The translations under genes were made by a program, and so were the position numbers. Below the pieces are notes generated by a model that worked only from the letters and a program-made list of their open reading frames with translations, searched no databases and was not told where the DNA came from. From positions 1 through 64,000 of the IMG/VR virus record IMGVR_UViG_3300030085_004215: DNA of 64,000 nucleotides; one strand, written 5' to 3'. Positions 60,673 through 64,000 of this stretch are shown one piece after another. Position 1 is the first letter of the stretch. Every line of letters begins with the position of its first letter. Source of the stretch: a virus.

Positions 60673-61340
60673 TTTATCTCTGATATTGTAACAAAATTTA
60701 ATTTATATTGTGATAATAAATATTCTAAAACCTGTTCAAAATGTAGAAAATTTTCTTCATTCCACACATTTTGATTGTGTGTTCCATTGATATGTGATTG
60801 AAACATAAATGTATTTCCATATAAACTTAATGAATCTGGTTCATTAATACCATCACACCCCTCAAAAAAATTACATCCCCATTTTATTCCTTGATTTATT
60901 TCACTATGTCCTGCAACCCACTCAAAATTACCACTAATTGCATCTGCACTTTGTTGGTTCACTCCCCAACCTGGTGCCCTAAATCCATTTGGTTTGTAAC
61001 CACACTTCTCCCACAAGTTTAAACTTTCTTGAACCCGTTCCATTGCAAGACCATAACTTAATTCGTAAAACTCCATCTCACCCAAGTTTTCGGTTTTACA
61101 TGCATGATAATGACCATGATTACTCATTTCAATCCAATCATATTGTTTCCAAAAATCCACAAACTCTTTTGTGATTGGATACTTACCATGATAATTACTC
61201 GGAATAAATAAATTAAATTTTACTCCATAATTGTGGTGTAGATTTTCAAGATATTGTATTTGGACATCACCCTCAACACCCCACTCTTTTTCTGGATGTA
61301 CATCATCAATTGCCACAACTACATTTGTTTCCATTACCAA
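60669..61340 (-). CDS. Polysaccharide deacetylase-like protein (NodB fold)
   Basis: IDDVHP, NHGHYH, GFRAPGW. Confidence 0.75.
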   Translation of the reverse strand: MVMETNVVVAIDDVHPEKEWGVEGDVQIQYLENLHHNYGVKFNLFIPSNYHGKYPITKEFVDFWKQYDWIEMSNHGHYHACKTENLGEMEFYELSYGLAMERVQESLNLWEKCGYKPNGFRAPGWGVNQQSADAISGNFEWVAGHSEINQGIKWGCNFFEGCDGINEPDSLSLYGNTFMFQSHINGTHNQNVWNEENFLHFEQVLEYLLSQYKLNFVTISEIK

Positions 61341-61732
61341 CTCACTTCCCAGTCCTCAAATTCAGCAGCAATACAATCTATCTTGTAGTCCTTACGTCCT
61401 TCTCCAACCTGGTCTTGTATCACATTCTTTGCAGTATTTCTAATACCATTTAATCCGTGAGTTAAACCAAGATTACCATCACCTTCCCCTGCTCGATATG
61501 AAGACTCATTATACCATATATGTGTATTCATCTGTGCCAATACTATAATTGCCCTAATCATCTCACCTGTAGGTTTTTCCCAATTCAGTAACATATCTAA
61601 ATCATGAACTATATCCTTGATTTCTTTTGCATACTCTTCTTTATGTTCTGGTATCTTTACCTCTTTTAATTGTATTATTGATAACCTGTCAATTAACTCT
61701 GAAATCGTTGGTAAATATTTTCTATCTGCCAT
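61334..61732 (-). CDS. Hypothetical helical protein of the glycan locus
   Basis: ISELIDRLSIIQLK...NTHIW..E..R motif. Confidence 0.55.
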   Translation of the reverse strand: MADRKYLPTISELIDRLSIIQLKEVKIPEHKEEYAKEIKDIVHDLDMLLNWEKPTGEMIRAIIVLAQMNTHIWYNESSYRAGEGDGNLGLTHGLNGIRNTAKNVIQDQVGEGRKDYKIDCIAAEFEDWEVSW

Positions 61733-62534
61733 CTAATTGTTCCTTATATTTTTTAATACCTATTAATGGGTCTGTTGGTGTCCAATTAGGTAAAAAAGTA
61801 TGTGTTGCAGCACAAGTATAATCTTGATACCCAATTGGTTTTTGATTCACATTTGTAAAATGATATGGTACATCTAACACATCACATATATCATTATATG
61901 ATGTTGGTTTACCAGTACCTACATCGTAAATACCACTTATATTACCATTAATTGTTGTATATTCTTTCATTGCAAGTATACATGCATCAACTACATCCTC
62001 AACCCAAATAAAATCTCTTTGTGGTGATTTATGTTCATTACCATCTTGTGGAAATATTCCAAAATTATCTGATTTATATATTTGATATGGTATTGATGAC
62101 ATTAAACCTTTATGTTCCTCTCCGATTCCATATGTATTGAAAAATCTCAATGATATAAATTTATCACCTAATAATGACATACCAAGTTTTTCTGCACAAT
62201 ATTTTGACCAAGAATATGAATTAGTAGGACCAGAACTCCTTACAAGAGAACCACCATATCCATAAATTGCAGAACTACTTGCAAACACCACCCTCTTATC
62301 GTATTTTTTTGCAAATTCAAACACCACTCTACTACGAACAAAATTATGATAAAACATATTATTAATATCGGGTTCTCTTAAATCTGCACAGGCACCTATA
62401 TGAAAAATACCATCACACTCCTTGAAGGCATTTTCATCATAATTATCATCAATACCAAACCCAATATATTCATCGAACCTATTTGCAAGATTTTTTCCTA
62501 TGAACCCTTTGTGACCAGTAATTATGTAACTCAT
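61722..62534 (-). CDS. NAD-dependent sugar epimerase (HldD/RfaD-like)
   Basis: ITGHKGFIG, IFHIGA, ASSSAIYG, YSWSK, LRFFNTYG, RDFIWVED, YQDYTCA. Confidence 0.85.
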   Translation of the reverse strand: MSYIITGHKGFIGKNLANRFDEYIGFGIDDNYDENAFKECDGIFHIGACADLREPDINNMFYHNFVRSRVVFEFAKKYDKRVVFASSSAIYGYGGSLVRSSGPTNSYSWSKYCAEKLGMSLLGDKFISLRFFNTYGIGEEHKGLMSSIPYQIYKSDNFGIFPQDGNEHKSPQRDFIWVEDVVDACILAMKEYTTINGNISGIYDVGTGKPTSYNDICDVLDVPYHFTNVNQKPIGYQDYTCAATHTFLPNWTPTDPLIGIKKYKEQLDGR

Positions 62535-63526
62535 TTTTTTGCCTCTTTTAGAAAATCTTCATAAGTAAAAAATTTAGATTGATTGTTGAGTAACTTTGCC
62601 TCATTGTGTTTAGACATCTGAGATATAATATCCCACCAATTTCCCTTTTTATCAACATAACCTCGTTGATTAGTTTCATCCTTAATATATAATCGTTTTC
62701 TTGGGTGTCGTCTGTTGTGTACTCTCAAAATATTTTTAACAACAAATTGTACATAAGAATCACCAAGAACTAATTTTGCCATTCTACCAAAACTTGTATC
62801 CTCTGCACACATCAATAACGAATGTGGTATATTAACACCAGATTTTATAACATCCGATTTAATTACAAGACAACTACCATCAAACTTTGGGTAATCTATA
62901 ATTTTAATATCTAACTCATCACCCATCTCATTAATTTCGTTCATCCTATCAATAGTCATATAGGCTTTTTCTGATGCCTCATGGTTATCTGTCCACTCTT
63001 GTTTATCCACATACTCAACATCTTCAAAATATGGATGTTCTAAAACTTTCCAAGAATCATCCCAATTTTTTCTGTATCCGAATGTAAGTACATATCTGTT
63101 GATATTGTTTTGTTTAGCATACTCATCAACACTTTCTATGGTCGTTAGTGTTTCTTTTGGGAATAGACTATCTGTCTCACCCCATAAAACAAAATCAACA
63201 TCCTCACAATAATTGTGATTCAAATCTCTTCTGTAACCTGGTATGTTATAGATTGGGTCATCGTTGGTTTTTGTAGTTACATTTACTTTATATCCTGCAC
63301 TTTCCAACCGTCTTGTCTTGTTAAAAAAACTTACAAATATTTTCTTTTCATCACCATCTATTCTTTCTAAATATTCAGAGATATTCCAAGTGAAATCAAA
63401 TATAATGTTTTCCTTATTTTCTACTCCATCACAAAAATTTAAACATGATTGAATATATTCATCAACCATTTCTATTTCGTAAAACATTACATGACAACCA
63501 ACCACATATTTATTTTTCAATAACAT
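62531..63526 (-). CDS. Glycosyltransferase-like protein (GT-A)
   Basis: WGETD (DxD-like) and EDTSF motifs; located in the glycan locus. Confidence 0.5.
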   Translation of the reverse strand: MLLKNKYVVGCHVMFYEIEMVDEYIQSCLNFCDGVENKENIIFDFTWNISEYLERIDGDEKKIFVSFFNKTRRLESAGYKVNVTTKTNDDPIYNIPGYRRDLNHNYCEDVDFVLWGETDSLFPKETLTTIESVDEYAKQNNINRYVLTFGYRKNWDDSWKVLEHPYFEDVEYVDKQEWTDNHEASEKAYMTIDRMNEINEMGDELDIKIIDYPKFDGSCLVIKSDVIKSGVNIPHSLLMCAEDTSFGRMAKLVLGDSYVQFVVKNILRVHNRRHPRKRLYIKDETNQRGYVDKKGNWWDIISQMSKHNEAKLLNNQSKFFTYEDFLKEAKK

Positions 63527-64000
63527 AATTATCCTTTATTGTATTCCACACATTTTTCATCAAATCATTTCTTTGTGTTTTATCAAACCCATTAAAATGC
63601 CAAACCCAACCTGTCTCAAAAAGTAGGTTTCCTTGTAGTACACCTCTCATATGTAGTTGTGAGAGATTGAACTTATCACTTAAAAATTTCAATTCATAAT
63701 CACTTGCACGAATCATATAATTTATAGGAGTTTGGTCTGAACCCTTTTTCAATGTATTATGTTGTCGGTTTCTGAGTTCATCTTCATTCTCGTAATAGAA
63801 ATCAGTAACAGTTTTACAAAACTCCTTATGTTTTTTATTCATAACAATGAACCCACAATTAAAATATGTAGTCCAATCAAATTTTACATCGGGCCAGAAA
63901 TCTTGATAACCTTTTATACTATTATGACTCCATTCTATGAAAAATTTATCTTGAACTGCACCAAACTCACCACCTGCCTCATCAAAGAAATTAGGACAAT
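63510..64000 (-). CDS. Glycosyltransferase family 8-like protein, C-terminal part (starts beyond the right edge)
   Basis: The frame stays open to the edge: YFNCGFIVMN...DQTPINY...WHFNG. Confidence 0.7.
   Translation of the reverse strand, partial: CPNFFDEAGGEFGAVQDKFFIEWSHNSIKGYQDFWPDVKFDWTTYFNCGFIVMNKKHKEFCKTVTDFYYENEDELRNRQHNTLKKGSDQTPINYMIRASDYELKFLSDKFNLSQLHMRGVLQGNLLFETGWVWHFNGFDKTQRNDLMKNVWNTIKDNYVIEK

Noticed and set aside
1-64000. Alternative genetic code (stop-codon reassignment)
   Set aside because: Long genes are intact and tightly packed under the standard code, and TAA, TAG and TGA all end genes.
1-64000. Firm host assignment to Bacteroidota
   Set aside because: The DUF4494-like gene and GE...AA tag hint at the FCB group, but strong AGGAG SD use and TTGACA-type promoters are atypical of Bacteroidota. 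This cannot be resolved without searches.

Overview
A 64-kb, AT-rich segment of a large tailed-phage (jumbo myovirus-like) genome, with almost all genes on the minus strand. From left to right it holds: envelope proteins and a baseplate/tail structural module (1-16.5 kb); a GH6 glycoside hydrolase, a sigma-like protein and an HD protein; a candidate DNA base-modification operon (PLP enzyme, AsnB-like amidotransferase, dCMP-type thymidylate-synthase homolog, amino-methyltransferase); a tmRNA, tRNA-Cys and tRNA-Ala; and host-takeover and auxiliary genes (UvsE, peptide deformylase, PhoH, J-domain protein, Hsp20, thioredoxins, AAA+/VWA pair, Apt, MTAN, carbamoyltransferase). Then come a non-coding junction at about 49.1-49.6 kb, an early-type gene region driven by repeated sigma70-like promoters, and a glycosyltransferase locus that runs off the right edge. 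The most striking signals are: (i) a 4.5-kb zone right of the junction where GpC is almost absent except in GGCC, so the proteins there are nearly Ala-free; (ii) a ~500-nt promoter-driven, apparently structured non-coding RNA; (iii) the base-modification operon; (iv) a tmRNA with an unusually long tag; (v) an unannotated 16-aa, 7-Cys peptide. All calls come from reading motifs by eye. No searches were run, counts are manual, and the host cannot be assigned firmly.
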